In this document: piece by piece, positions 1-9,962 of the stretch
Numbering within the stretch: position 1 is the stretch's first letter
Layout: the number at the start of each line of letters is the position of its first letter
Virus record (IMG/VR): IMGVR_UViG_3300035698_035310
Coordinates: 295,045-359,044 of that record
Length of the DNA: 64,000 nucleotides
Reading direction: 5' to 3' (one strand)
Translations under genes and position numbers: made by a program
The notes under the pieces: model-generated
Told to the model about the DNA's origin: nothing
What the model saw: the letters and a program-made list of their open reading frames with translations, nothing else
The model's database searches: none

Positions 1-1073
1 TTAATAAACAAATAGCATTCCGTGATCAACGACAATTGATTAAAAAGATTTTGCTTAACAGTTTGTATGGTGCGTTACTTAATCCATATTGTAGATTTTT
101 TGATCAACGTATGGGACAGTCAGTTACATTAACTGGGCGTTGTATTACCAAACACATGATGTCAAAAATGAATGAAATATTTACCGGTGAATATGATCAT
201 GAAGGTGAATCGATAATTTATGGCGATACTGATTCTGCATATTTCTCCGCGTATCCAATTTTCAAAGATATAAAAGATTTTGACTGGTCTGCGGATAATA
301 TAATTGAATTATATGATACCGTATCAAGTCAAATGAATGAATCGTTTCCGGGTTATATGGTAGATGCGTTTCATACATCATTAGAAAACGGAAAGATAAT
401 TGAAGCAGGGCGCGAAGTTATTGCACAGAAAGGTGTATTCATTAAAAAGAAACGTTATGCTTTATTATGTAATGATATTGAAGGTAGACGTTTTGATCAA
501 GGTGATGAACCAGGAAAAATGAAAGCGATGGGCGTTGAACTTAAACGTTCTGATACACCCGCAAGCATTCAAGTGTTTCTAAAAGACACATTAATGATGG
601 CACTATCTGGTTCCAGCGAAGAAGAAATTAGATTATACATTAAAGATTTCCGTGAAGATTTTAGATCATGGGATGGATGGAATAAAGGCGCACCAAAACG
701 CGTCAACAATCTTACAGAAAAAGTCGATAAAGAAAAAACGTTGGGAATGAGAACCAGCATGGCAGGACATCAACGTGCATCAATGGCATGGAATGATTTA
801 AGAAAGAAATTCAATGACCATTATAGCATGGAAATACAAGATGGATTCAAAGTGGTTGTATGTAAACTGAAAAAAAATCCATTAGGAATAACAAGTGTCG
901 CATATCCAGTTGATCAGGAACACTTACCAGAGTGGTTTAAAGAGTTGCCGTTTGATCACGATTTGATGGAAGAAGGCATGATAGATAAAAAAATAGAAAA
1001 TATTCTTGGTGTACTTAAGTGGAAACTTAAACGCGCTGAAGATGATACAACATGGGATAATATTTTTTCATAA
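1..1073 (+). CDS. Family B DNA polymerase (T4 gp43-like), C-terminal part; gene begins before the window
   Basis: Frame is open from the window edge (NKQIAFRDQRQLIKKILLNSLYG). PolB motifs KxxxNSxYG, YGDTDS, KKRYA and KxMGVELKRS are present. Confidence 0.95.
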   Translation, partial: NKQIAFRDQRQLIKKILLNSLYGALLNPYCRFFDQRMGQSVTLTGRCITKHMMSKMNEIFTGEYDHEGESIIYGDTDSAYFSAYPIFKDIKDFDWSADNIIELYDTVSSQMNESFPGYMVDAFHTSLENGKIIEAGREVIAQKGVFIKKKRYALLCNDIEGRRFDQGDEPGKMKAMGVELKRSDTPASIQVFLKDTLMMALSGSSEEEIRLYIKDFREDFRSWDGWNKGAPKRVNNLTEKVDKEKTLGMRTSMAGHQRASMAWNDLRKKFNDHYSMEIQDGFKVVVCKLKKNPLGITSVAYPVDQEHLPEWFKELPFDHDLMEEGMIDKKIENILGVLKWKLKRAEDDTTWDNIFS

Positions 1074-1141
1074 TAAAAGAATAATATTGCAATAATAACA
1101 ACAATGATTTATATTATATAAACACTTAGAGGAATAGAATA

Positions 1142-1933
1142 ATGATACTTAACTACTTACGTGATATTGTAAAATACACAACTAAACTTGGTGCGAACTC
1201 AGTTAAAATATCCGGCGACAACGGCGTTGTAACAGTTGAAGCATGCGACGAGACTAACAAAACGGTTGTAATCAAAGGCACCCTAATAAAACCATCACCG
1301 GATTTAGAAGGCATTTGCGGATTGAGCGATTTGGAATGGCTCACGAGTTATGTAAATGCTTATAAACACAAAGACGATGTTGCGACAGTTATTCGCAAAG
1401 AAAAGACATTCAATCAACAAATGAATGATAGCGATGGAAATGCATTGGTCGACGAGAACGGCGAAGTGAAAACAGAATCAATAACAAAAAACATGATTGA
1501 AGAAATTCATTTTGCACGTGGCACACAAATGAAGAATCAATATCGGGTTATGGATACCAGATTGTTACCGGAACAACCGAAGTTTGGCGGTTTGCCGTGG
1601 GCTATTGAAATTGAGCCAACCAAACAAGCCATTGATTTACTATCTACGCAATCAGGATTTGGCGTTGAAACAGAGTTCGGTGTTGTCACCGACGAGAATA
1701 CATTATATTTGACATTTGGCAGTTCTGCTGTTATCGAATTTGCATATGATGTTGAAGGCACACTTGATAAGCCATGGAGATGGGAAACTAAACGAGTATT
1801 GGATATATTAAAACTATCTAATGATGCTGAATGCAAAATGGGATTTTCAGACAAAGGTGCCATGCAAATAACATTAAATTCTGGATTGGCGGAATATAAT
1901 TATATAGTTCCCGCAAAAGCAAAAAGTAATTAA
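1142..1933 (+). CDS. Probable DNA polymerase sliding clamp / processivity factor
   Basis: 263 aa, directly after polB, RBS GAGGA. Alternating beta/alpha pattern and the C-terminal YNYIVPA resemble clamp folds. Assignment rests mainly on context. Confidence 0.5.
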   Translation: MILNYLRDIVKYTTKLGANSVKISGDNGVVTVEACDETNKTVVIKGTLIKPSPDLEGICGLSDLEWLTSYVNAYKHKDDVATVIRKEKTFNQQMNDSDGNALVDENGEVKTESITKNMIEEIHFARGTQMKNQYRVMDTRLLPEQPKFGGLPWAIEIEPTKQAIDLLSTQSGFGVETEFGVVTDENTLYLTFGSSAVIEFAYDVEGTLDKPWRWETKRVLDILKLSNDAECKMGFSDKGAMQITLNSGLAEYNYIVPAKAKSN

Positions 1934-1938
1934 ATCAC

Positions 1939-2583
1939 ATGAAAAGAACACATCAAGCAGAAAAAATAAAAGATACCGAGGTTTTGGGTATGCCAGAATC
2001 GGCAAAAGAAATGGTAGCAGTAGGTTCAGAAAAACATCAAGGGTTGATGAATAACGGCGTCTATATATTAACTGGTGAAATAAACTCAGTATGTGCAGAA
2101 GATGTTCTCGGATATATATTAGAAGCAAATTTAAACCCACAATGTGATTGGGAATATATTACGATGATAATCAATAGCCCTGGTGGTTTTGTTTCTGATG
2201 GATTTGCGATAATTGACGCAATGTTTGGAAGTCACATACCAATAAAAACAGTTGGTATAGGCATGATTGCCAGTATGGGTTTACAGATATTTCTAGCTGG
2301 TCAAGAAGGATCAAGAATGTTAACGCCCAACTGTATGATATTAAGCCATCAATTTACTGGTGGTGCCTATGGTAAAGAGCATGAATTGGTTGCGGCACAA
2401 ACCGAACAACATATATTGTCTGATAATATCATGAGACATTATAAACGCACCACGGGTATGTCTAAAGACGATATTAGAAAATATTTATTGCCCCCCGAGG
2501 ACGTATGGCTTACCGCGAAAGACGCTAAGAAATATGGCATATGTGATGTTATAAAAGACTTAAAACCAAAAATATTACTATAG
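1939..2583 (+). CDS. ClpP-like serine protease (divergent phage type)
   Basis: INSPGG, IASMG (catalytic Ser), LSHQ (His) and DVWLTAKDAKKYGICD. Confidence 0.85.
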   Translation: MKRTHQAEKIKDTEVLGMPESAKEMVAVGSEKHQGLMNNGVYILTGEINSVCAEDVLGYILEANLNPQCDWEYITMIINSPGGFVSDGFAIIDAMFGSHIPIKTVGIGMIASMGLQIFLAGQEGSRMLTPNCMILSHQFTGGAYGKEHELVAAQTEQHILSDNIMRHYKRTTGMSKDDIRKYLLPPEDVWLTAKDAKKYGICDVIKDLKPKILL

Positions 2584-2592
2584 GAAACAATT

Positions 2593-3075
2593 ATGTCTTA
2601 CAATGTACCATCAGCATCAGCGGCAAAAACTAGTTCAATGGATGGACCAGGGATAGATTTTCAATCACTTATTGATAAATCAAGAAAAATGGGATTAACA
2701 CCAGATATTCGCGATATGATTATTTCATTTGAAGATTGTAAAAATATTTTAAAAGCTAAAGAAGTTGAATTAGATACGCTACAAGCTATAGTAATGGAAA
2801 GCGATGATGAAAATATATCTACATTGCGAGAGGAATTATTTATTGTCGCAAAATTATTATATTCAGATGTAATCGAAGATGTAATAAAACGAGAAGTAAA
2901 TGATACAGAAGTGAAAATGGATAATCACTTTGACATTAACGAGAAGTCAGTAGCGGCGGATGTTACATCTTGGAATATCATAAATCGTATTTCTGAGTAT
3001 AGACGGAAACGCCGCATATATAGCGAAAATCTTACTAAAATAAAAAAGAGATTGAAAGAAAACGTAGGATTATGA
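2593..3075 (+). CDS. Hypothetical protein
   Basis: 160-aa ORF with RBS AGGA, in operon context. Confidence 0.7.
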   Translation: MSYNVPSASAAKTSSMDGPGIDFQSLIDKSRKMGLTPDIRDMIISFEDCKNILKAKEVELDTLQAIVMESDDENISTLREELFIVAKLLYSDVIEDVIKREVNDTEVKMDNHFDINEKSVAADVTSWNIINRISEYRRKRRIYSENLTKIKKRLKENVGL

Positions 3076-3116
3076 TAAATATATTATAAATCCCTTACAT
3101 TTTGGAGGCTAACGCC

Positions 3117-4067
3117 ATGAAGTTAATACCATTTGGTACAACTCTAGCTGGTCTCACCCTTAAAGGAAATCAGCGTGATGTAGCAGAAGCACATTACAAC
3201 CTTGATGGTGAATCACTAGAACGTCGATTAATTGAGTTGAATGAAATATTCACCACTGAAGTCAGAAAATTAAAGTTATTAGAGTTAGATTATGAGTATG
3301 ATCACATAAATGAATATGTTTATCATACTCAAATGTTAAAATTGAAGACAACCACTGGCACTGAATTAGATTTAGCATTATGTGATCTCGATTTTGAATA
3401 TGATAAAATTGACGCTTATAGTCATGCTATACTTAGAGCAAATATATTATATTCAGAAGCAGAATTAACACAAGAAAAACTCAAAATTGATTTGAAATAT
3501 GAAAAAATATCACAAGAAGAATATGATATTGAAGATGTCAAATTAACTTTATCAGATGATGAACTAGAAATAGAACTTTTAAACATTGAAAGAAAATATA
3601 AACATATTACAAAAGAAGAATATGATTATAAAATGGTTGAAGTTAAATATAGAAATTCTGCTCATGATACAGATTTGCCATTTGCTAGATACGAACTTGA
3701 TAAAAAATATGGTAAATTAACTGAAAAAGAATTTGATAAAGCTGTATATTCACTTGGTAATAGACCATGGGTTGATATAGTTCGCAGTGAATATAAAGAT
3801 GATGAAAAATCCGATGGGTTTACGTTTGAATTGGATTGGAATGATGCATTTGTAAAAATGTTGCGTTCAGAAGGTTATAACGGCGGCACAGACGAAGCAA
3901 TTGTTGAGCAGTGGTTTGAAGATAAATCGCTTGATACATACTTGGGGGTTCTTTCAGAACAATTAGATGAAATTGGTGATGACCCTGAAGATGCACACAA
4001 AGTTAGACCGGGTAGTAATAAAACGTTTCGAGAACAACTCGAAGATAAAAAATCTAGACATTCATAA
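3117..4067 (+). CDS. Hypothetical acidic protein with internal tandem repeats
   Basis: GGAGG RBS before ATG 3117. About five repeats of (E/D/K)(L/I)(D/E)xxYxxIxxxEY; C-terminal FTFELDWNDAF. Confidence 0.75.
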   Translation: MKLIPFGTTLAGLTLKGNQRDVAEAHYNLDGESLERRLIELNEIFTTEVRKLKLLELDYEYDHINEYVYHTQMLKLKTTTGTELDLALCDLDFEYDKIDAYSHAILRANILYSEAELTQEKLKIDLKYEKISQEEYDIEDVKLTLSDDELEIELLNIERKYKHITKEEYDYKMVEVKYRNSAHDTDLPFARYELDKKYGKLTEKEFDKAVYSLGNRPWVDIVRSEYKDDEKSDGFTFELDWNDAFVKMLRSEGYNGGTDEAIVEQWFEDKSLDTYLGVLSEQLDEIGDDPEDAHKVRPGSNKTFREQLEDKKSRHS

Positions 4068-4081
4068 CATAAAGAAAATAA

Positions 4082-5104
4082 ATGACCGATAAAAAAACAT
4101 TTTTAATAATAGATACCAGCAACATGATGTATCGCGCCAGACATGCGTCTAATAGCGGTGATATATGGGATACGATTGGTGTTACCATTCATATCATGTT
4201 GAATAGCATACGCAAAAGTTGGATTAAATCACAGGCGACACACGTGGTATTTTGTCTTGAAGGTAAAAGTTGGCGTCGGGCTATATATGAGCCATACAAA
4301 GCCAACCGTGATGCCCTAAAGGCGGCTAAAACACCAGATGAACTAGAAGAAGATAAACTATTTTATGAAGGCGTTAATGGGTTCATTGATTTTATAACAA
4401 ATCAAACTAATTGCACGGTATTACAAAACGAATTATGTGAAGCAGATGATTTAATTGCACGATTTGTGCAAAAACATCCTACTGACGATCATGTAATAAT
4501 ATCGGGCGATACTGATTTTATACAGTTGTTAGCAAGCAATGTTACTATATATGACGGCGTTAAAGAAATAATTCTTAAACAAGATGGTATATATAACGAA
4601 CGAGATAAACGTTTGCATTTTAACGTTAAATCCAATACAAAAATAAAAGTCGGTTTCCCTGTTAAGAAAAACGAAGAAGAAATATACGACAACGAGTGGA
4701 TTGAGTGGGCATTATTTTTAAAGTTTGTTCGAGGCGATCCTGGTGATAATGTGTTTAGTGCATATCCACGCGCCAATATCAAAAAAATAAGAGCAGCATT
4801 TGATGATAGACATGATAAAGGTTATAATTGGAATAATTTCATGTTACACCGATGGACTGATCATAAAAATAAAGATCATCGGGTTAAGGCTTGTTATGAA
4901 CGCAATAAAGAACTTATCGATCTGACCATGCAACCAATAGAAATAAAAATGATCATGGATGAAGTAATTGATGAAGCAACATTGCCACGTGGCAAAACCA
5001 AAATTGGATTACGTCTATTAAAATATGCTGGTATTAATGAACTCGTTAGAATATCCGACAATCCAGATAATTATGTCAAATTTCTTTCGGCAAAATATTA
5101 TTGA
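4082..5104 (+). CDS. rnh: T4-type RNase H / 5'-3' flap exonuclease
   Basis: IIDTSN, YKANR, EADD, SGDTDFIQL and GDPGDNV motifs of the FEN/RNase H family. Confidence 0.9.
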   Translation: MTDKKTFLIIDTSNMMYRARHASNSGDIWDTIGVTIHIMLNSIRKSWIKSQATHVVFCLEGKSWRRAIYEPYKANRDALKAAKTPDELEEDKLFYEGVNGFIDFITNQTNCTVLQNELCEADDLIARFVQKHPTDDHVIISGDTDFIQLLASNVTIYDGVKEIILKQDGIYNERDKRLHFNVKSNTKIKVGFPVKKNEEEIYDNEWIEWALFLKFVRGDPGDNVFSAYPRANIKKIRAAFDDRHDKGYNWNNFMLHRWTDHKNKDHRVKACYERNKELIDLTMQPIEIKMIMDEVIDEATLPRGKTKIGLRLLKYAGINELVRISDNPDNYVKFLSAKYY

Positions 5105-5129
5105 CATCTGAACAGAGAATCTATATTCT
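5101..5129 (+). promoter_or_regulatory. Sigma70-like early promoter
   Basis: TTGACA-N17-TATTCT upstream of the ORF at 5147. Confidence 0.55.
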
Positions 5130-5146
5130 ATACATACACACAATAC

Positions 5147-5800
5147 ATGGAGAATACGATGGCAATAGAAAACGAACGAAAATATATTATCGATATGGAA
5201 TTGATTGATATAGATTCAATTACATTTGATTACGATGGCGAACATTACATGGTGACACAATCTTATGTTGACGATGGGAGAATTCGAAAAACCGAAAACA
5301 TAGATGGTTCTATTGATTATATATTTACATGGAAAAAAAGAAAAGATAATGGTTCGTGTATTGAAATAGAAACCATAATAACAATAGATGATTACATTGG
5401 TTTGTTGGCTGTGTCGACAAATACTATAACAAAATATCGAATTAAAATGATTCACGATGGCTTAGATTGGGATATAGATTTTTTATTCAAAGACAATGGT
5501 AAGTATGATCATTATCTTACGATAGCCGAAGTAGAAATGCCAGAAGATCAAGAAATACCAGAAAATTTGCCCTATTTTGTAAGTCGAAATTTAATATATT
5601 TAATTCCGCGCAATCTAGATGATTTATGGACGAATAAAAAATTAAGTGACATCGACTATACCAAACAATTGATTATAGATACATCATATAAAATACCAAA
5701 CACCCCAGTTGAAATATCGCCCGAAGCGAAAAAGAGAAGCGAGAAAATACTCGACGAGATTAGAACCAGAACAGCGGCAAAACAAGAAATTTATGGCTAG
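5147..5800 (+). CDS. CYTH-domain (triphosphate tunnel) protein
   Basis: N-terminal ENERKY (ExExK), RIRK, EIE, KYR, WDIDF and IAEVE motifs. Confidence 0.8.
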   Translation: MENTMAIENERKYIIDMELIDIDSITFDYDGEHYMVTQSYVDDGRIRKTENIDGSIDYIFTWKKRKDNGSCIEIETIITIDDYIGLLAVSTNTITKYRIKMIHDGLDWDIDFLFKDNGKYDHYLTIAEVEMPEDQEIPENLPYFVSRNLIYLIPRNLDDLWTNKKLSDIDYTKQLIIDTSYKIPNTPVEISPEAKKRSEKILDEIRTRTAAKQEIYG

Positions 5801-6200
5801 ACCTAAACCACAATTCAATCGATATCATCATTCTATATGTTTTCCAAACGAGTTAAATAAAATGATGATAGAATATATAAATTCATTCACAGACGATATT
5901 GATCTTACATCACACGCCGCTGAACAAATGTCTGATCAAAAAGACCCACGTGGATATATCCCCTTGCCAACATCTGGCGAATTGCTCGATAACTCCAATA
6001 AATTAATAGAAATATATGAACGATTAGATAAACCAGGGAGAATACAAAAAGCAGTTATACGTGTTGGTCATTTAAGTGAAAAGTATGATTACACTTATGT
6101 TGTTGCACGTGATGGTGTTATAGTTACATCATGGATCAACGACAAAGGCGACAATCATCGATTAACAAACACTGCTAATAATTATATACAACGATCATAA
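5793..6200 (+). CDS. Hypothetical protein
   Basis: Likely start ATG 5793 (MARPKPQF), overlapping the previous stop; contains TSHAAEQ...DPRG. Confidence 0.6.
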   Translation: MARPKPQFNRYHHSICFPNELNKMMIEYINSFTDDIDLTSHAAEQMSDQKDPRGYIPLPTSGELLDNSNKLIEIYERLDKPGRIQKAVIRVGHLSEKYDYTYVVARDGVIVTSWINDKGDNHRLTNTANNYIQRS

Positions 6201-6269
6201 AAATATACGATCATTTCATATCACCACCAACTGACTAAATACTTGCATAATATAATAGGAGTTTTTATT

Positions 6270-7370
6270 ATGCAAGTAGATATGCATTTTTATGGAGTTT
6301 TTTGTATGGCTCGTGCAGCGGGAATGAACCGCGAAGCAGCTAAAACAATAGCATATGCCTCACAATACGTTGACGATTCTAACCTTACTGAAACCAATAC
6401 TCACGATAATGGTGGTAAAATAATATCTGAAGCAACTGCCCATCACACCACCGATATTAAAAATATAAATCATAACGATCAACGTTATATATGGGTTCCA
6501 TTTCATTTTTATCCAAGCGGGGTTGGTGTGAAATTCACTGACAAATTAGTTTGTCAAAAAGATTCAACATCTGTTAACGAAATGGTTGATAACCATATCA
6601 ACCAAGACAAATCCTACATATTGGAATTAATGGGAATTGCGGCACACGTATATGCTGACACGTTTTCACATTATGGTTTCTCTGGCGTTAGTTCCAGAAG
6701 TAATAGAGTGGTAGGTGAAACCATAAAATTGTATGGATTGCCACCAACACTTGAAGCCCTTTTAGGTAAAAAAGTAGCAAGATGGTTTGGTCGTTACGGT
6801 AAACAGGGTGGATTGATGTCTAATATTAGAACATTGATTAGTGATGGAGCAGAACTTGCAACTGGCGCATTAGGTCATGGCGGGGTATCTATATATCCAG
6901 ACCAGCCATATTTAAAATGGGAATTTGAATACGAATTCAAAAATCCAAATCGTAACGATTATTCAGAACGTGATAATCAAGTGACATTTTTAGAAGCATG
7001 TGTTAAACTATATGAAATGTTTACCAAATTTTTAAATGCGCACCCCGAATATAAAGAAGATGGAGTTCGAATAGAAATAGAAAAAATAATACCACATCTA
7101 AAGGAAATACTAAAAACTGAAGGTGGTAAAGATGAACGAATGGAAAAATGGAAAAAATACGCCGCAGATAATTTATTATATAATGGTGATGGAGAAATAG
7201 ACACTTATGATTCAGAAGATTGGCATAATCAATATGAAGATTTTTCTAAGTTGACAAACCATGACGAATTTGCTAATATGAACATATACAAATTCTTCCA
7301 AGCCGCAAGTTATCATAAACATACGGTGTTGAGAGAATTATTACCGAAACATGGGATAATTGTTATATGA
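6270..7370 (+). CDS. DUF6765-like protein (His-rich, possible metal-dependent hydrolase)
   Basis: AGGAG RBS before ATG 6270; MQVDMHFYG, ASQYVDD, WVPFHFYP, HVYADTFSH and GHG motifs. Confidence 0.65.
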   Translation: MQVDMHFYGVFCMARAAGMNREAAKTIAYASQYVDDSNLTETNTHDNGGKIISEATAHHTTDIKNINHNDQRYIWVPFHFYPSGVGVKFTDKLVCQKDSTSVNEMVDNHINQDKSYILELMGIAAHVYADTFSHYGFSGVSSRSNRVVGETIKLYGLPPTLEALLGKKVARWFGRYGKQGGLMSNIRTLISDGAELATGALGHGGVSIYPDQPYLKWEFEYEFKNPNRNDYSERDNQVTFLEACVKLYEMFTKFLNAHPEYKEDGVRIEIEKIIPHLKEILKTEGGKDERMEKWKKYAADNLLYNGDGEIDTYDSEDWHNQYEDFSKLTNHDEFANMNIYKFFQAASYHKHTVLRELLPKHGIIVI

Positions 7371-7828
7371 TTAATGCAGAACCAATGACTGAGAAAAGTT
7401 GGATTTTATATGAAAAAACAACTCGTAAAGGATTGATGCGACTAACGAACGATGAAGAATATACAATATTAGGTGGACCAAATGCTGGCAAATATCCAGA
7501 TTTAAAATCATTAACTGATAAATTAGGTGAAGTTACATTTGGAAAAATAAAAGCATCCGCCGTTCAAGAAAAAGAAATAGTCGGTGAATATCCGATAAAA
7601 CATGATACATATCATGAAGTAGAATCGATAGATTCACTTAGTTTATATACGAAAAAAGAAGGCAGTAAAGACGTATATGCTGCTGGATATTTTAGTGTAA
7701 ACAGTAAAGGCAAATGGCAGACGTCATTCAGCCCCCGTTATAAGTCACTAGAAGATAATGAATATCATGGCCCATTCAAATCTAAAATGGAAGCAGATCA
7801 AGAAACCAAAATGGAAAATAATAAATGA
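7367..7828 (+). CDS. Conserved phage hypothetical protein
   Basis: ATGA overlap with the previous gene; YAAGY...W..SFSPR...YHGPFK. Confidence 0.7.
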   Translation: MINAEPMTEKSWILYEKTTRKGLMRLTNDEEYTILGGPNAGKYPDLKSLTDKLGEVTFGKIKASAVQEKEIVGEYPIKHDTYHEVESIDSLSLYTKKEGSKDVYAAGYFSVNSKGKWQTSFSPRYKSLEDNEYHGPFKSKMEADQETKMENNK

Positions 7829-8055
7829 GTGCAGTAGAAACATTTATGGCTAAAACCACTGCTGCAACCAAAGCACGTAGCAAAGACATTCGCATTTCTT
7901 TACAAGAAGCACAATTATTGTCATCTGAACTTGCATCCATGTTGGCAAAAGAAAATAAATTACTTAGTAAGATAGTTACGTTACAAGACAATATAACCGT
8001 TGTTGCCCCAACGCCAACTGGCGACATGGTGATGGACGGAGGGTCGTTTAAATAA
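7825..8055 (+). CDS. Hypothetical protein
   Basis: ATGA overlap; C-terminal MDGGSF. Confidence 0.65.
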   Translation: MSAVETFMAKTTAATKARSKDIRISLQEAQLLSSELASMLAKENKLLSKIVTLQDNITVVAPTPTGDMVMDGGSFK

Positions 8056-8068
8056 TAGGAGATCACAA

Positions 8069-8266
8069 GTGCCAAAATATCAAGTAAATGTATATGAAAC
8101 ATTTCGCGTTAAACATGCCGCTGTTGTAGAAGCAGATAATGAACAAGATGCAATAACCAAATTACATAAAGATGAATACAAAATATTTGAGAAAGGAAAC
8201 TCTGATCATTATGAACCAGTATTCGAAGTTGATACCTCAAGTATAATTGAGAATGACCTCCTATGA
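8069..8266 (+). CDS. Small hypothetical protein
   Basis: AGGAG RBS and GTG start; VEADNEQDA motif. Confidence 0.65.
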   Translation: MPKYQVNVYETFRVKHAAVVEADNEQDAITKLHKDEYKIFEKGNSDHYEPVFEVDTSSIIENDLL

Positions 8267-8293
8267 CCTATAAAATAAATCAACCACATATAC

Positions 8294-8340
8294 CCTTTAT
8301 CATACCCATGCCGGGGAGAGCCCGGCTCATGATAAAGGAG
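8294..8340 (+). promoter_or_regulatory. RBS-sequestering RNA hairpin
   Basis: CCTTTATCAT (8294-8303) pairs with ATGATAAAGG (8329-8338); inner stem GCCGGG/CCCGGC. The 3' arm covers the AAGGAG RBS of ORF 8348. Confidence 0.65.
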
Positions 8341-8347
8341 ATTATAT

Positions 8348-8635
8348 ATGTATCAAGAGAAAAAACTCGAAAGAAGAAGACGTGACTACTTAAGAATGAA
8401 AGAACGTGCTAGACACGTTCAAGCCCGTTGGTGGGATACCCATCACACTGATCCTGACTTACATGACGCTGCAAGTAAGTTAGCCAACACTTTAAAATTA
8501 TGTTCATGTTCATTGTGTGGAAACCCACGCCGTGATAATGTTTATGGCGATACATTAACGATGCAAGAATTAAAAGCACTGGATGATTCAAAAGATCAGT
8601 TAAAATGTTTTTTAGAAGAAACGCTTGACATATAA
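8348..8635 (+). CDS. Small basic Cys-motif protein (CSCxxCGNPRR)
   Basis: AAGGAG RBS; Arg-rich N-terminus and a CxCxxC putative Zn site. Confidence 0.75.
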   Translation: MYQEKKLERRRRDYLRMKERARHVQARWWDTHHTDPDLHDAASKLANTLKLCSCSLCGNPRRDNVYGDTLTMQELKALDDSKDQLKCFLEETLDI

Positions 8636-8661
8636 ATATCATGTGTTATATTGTATAAATA
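8625..8661 (+). promoter_or_regulatory. Composite promoter: sigma70-like plus T4-late-like TATAAATA
   Basis: TTGACA (8625)-N16-TATATT, followed by TATAAATA at 8654-8661, upstream of the pth2 operon. Confidence 0.6.
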
Positions 8662-8700
8662 AGTTTAACGAATTAACCACTATTCAAGAAAGGAAATATT

Positions 8701-9126
8701 ATGTTGTAGATTAATACTGCTACCAAAGACGAAACCTTTGATCCCATGATGGATCAAACATTGCGCATGTATGCGATTGAGCGCGGTGATTTGGATATGA
8801 CAAGAGGGAAGTGTTCTTCTCAAACAGGTCATGCATACAAACTTCTAACAAAAAATGTGGTAGAGAATAACCCAACACTATCGAACGAATACTTCGATGA
8901 TGGCATGGGAACTAATGTCACACTTAAATCCAAAAATCTAAGTCAACTTGAACGTGCCTATGACAATGCATTGGACGCGGGGCTTCCTTGTGTTTTAATC
9001 ACTGACGAAGGGCATATAATGCCGCCACACTTCGATGGTGAACCTATTGTCACGGTTATAGGCATTGGCCCATGTAGGCGTGCCGAAGTTCATCACATCA
9101 CCAAAAAATTTAACTGTGTAAAATAA
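8701..9126 (+). CDS. pth2: Peptidyl-tRNA hydrolase, Pth2 family; in-frame TAG at codon 3 (8707-8709)
   Basis: RGDLDMTRGKCSSQTGHA, ITDEGH and TVIGIGP are Pth2 motifs. RBS AAGGA precedes ATG 8701 (ATG TTG TAG ATT...), which is in frame with the RBS-less ATG at 8746. Confidence 0.8.
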
Positions 9127-9138
9127 AGGAGATATAAA

Positions 9139-9525
9139 ATGACAAATCAAACAACCACCGAGACATATTGGATTTTTAAATACACGAATAAGGAAGGGTT
9201 CTATCAAGATCAAAGCAACAGTGGTTCACGTAACTATATCGAACCTAGAACAACGGATATCGAATACGCTACAAAATATAGTGAATATACTATTGGTGAT
9301 CATGCCATTTGGGTACGTAAGAAAAAAGAACCAATGAAACCAATTCAGATCAAGGAGACACGAACTTATCAACAAGAAGAACTTGGCGAAGAGGCACTAG
9401 GATATATTGCTACTGAAGAACTGAAACAAGCAAGCCGTGCAGAGAAAAATGCTATTCAACGACGCGAACAAGAGAGAAAAGAATATGAGCGTTTACAGAA
9501 ACTATTTGAAGAAGAAGGAGAATAA
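9139..9525 (+). CDS. Hypothetical protein with C-terminal coiled coil
   Basis: AAGGAG RBS; ends KEYERLQKLFEEEGE. Confidence 0.75.
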   Translation: MTNQTTTETYWIFKYTNKEGFYQDQSNSGSRNYIEPRTTDIEYATKYSEYTIGDHAIWVRKKKEPMKPIQIKETRTYQQEELGEEALGYIATEELKQASRAEKNAIQRREQERKEYERLQKLFEEEGE

Positions 9526-9527
9526 TT

Positions 9528-9962
9528 ATGAAATGGTTTGATAAAGAAGAATTATTTGATATCACAAAATCCAACCCAGAAGCAATTCGTGAGATTTGTC
9601 AATGGTTTAATGATCGATGTGATGAAATCCATAGCGAAGAGCGAGAAGTATCTATTGATGATAACAATGTTAATATTTCATATTCATGGGAAGATAATTT
9701 CCGAGGGTGCCATATGGGAACTGAAACAGAATATTTTGAAATCCCCAATGAGATTTTCTTTTCGGATTATTCACTAAGTGCTTGGCAGCGTGAAGAGGCT
9801 GATCGTATAAAAGAAATCGCTGCGAAGGAAAAAGAAGCCGAAGATAAAAAAAAGAGAACGCAAGCTAAACGCGATAAGACTCTTGCAACCAAGAAAAAAG
9901 AACAGAAAGACAAAGATGAATATGAACGATTGAAAGAAAAATATGAAGGAGAAAAAAAATGA
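9528..9962 (+). CDS. Hypothetical protein with C-terminal coiled coil
   Basis: AGGAG RBS; ends DEYERLKEKYEGEKK. Confidence 0.75.
   Translation: MKWFDKEELFDITKSNPEAIREICQWFNDRCDEIHSEEREVSIDDNNVNISYSWEDNFRGCHMGTETEYFEIPNEIFFSDYSLSAWQREEADRIKEIAAKEKEAEDKKKRTQAKRDKTLATKKKEQKDKDEYERLKEKYEGEKK

Noticed and set aside
1939-3075. ClpP-like gene fused to the next ORF via TAG GAA ACA ATT ATG
   Set aside because: The ClpP domain is already complete and TAGGA doubles as the RBS of ORF 2593. In-frame spacing has a 1-in-3 chance, so it is kept only as a side note.
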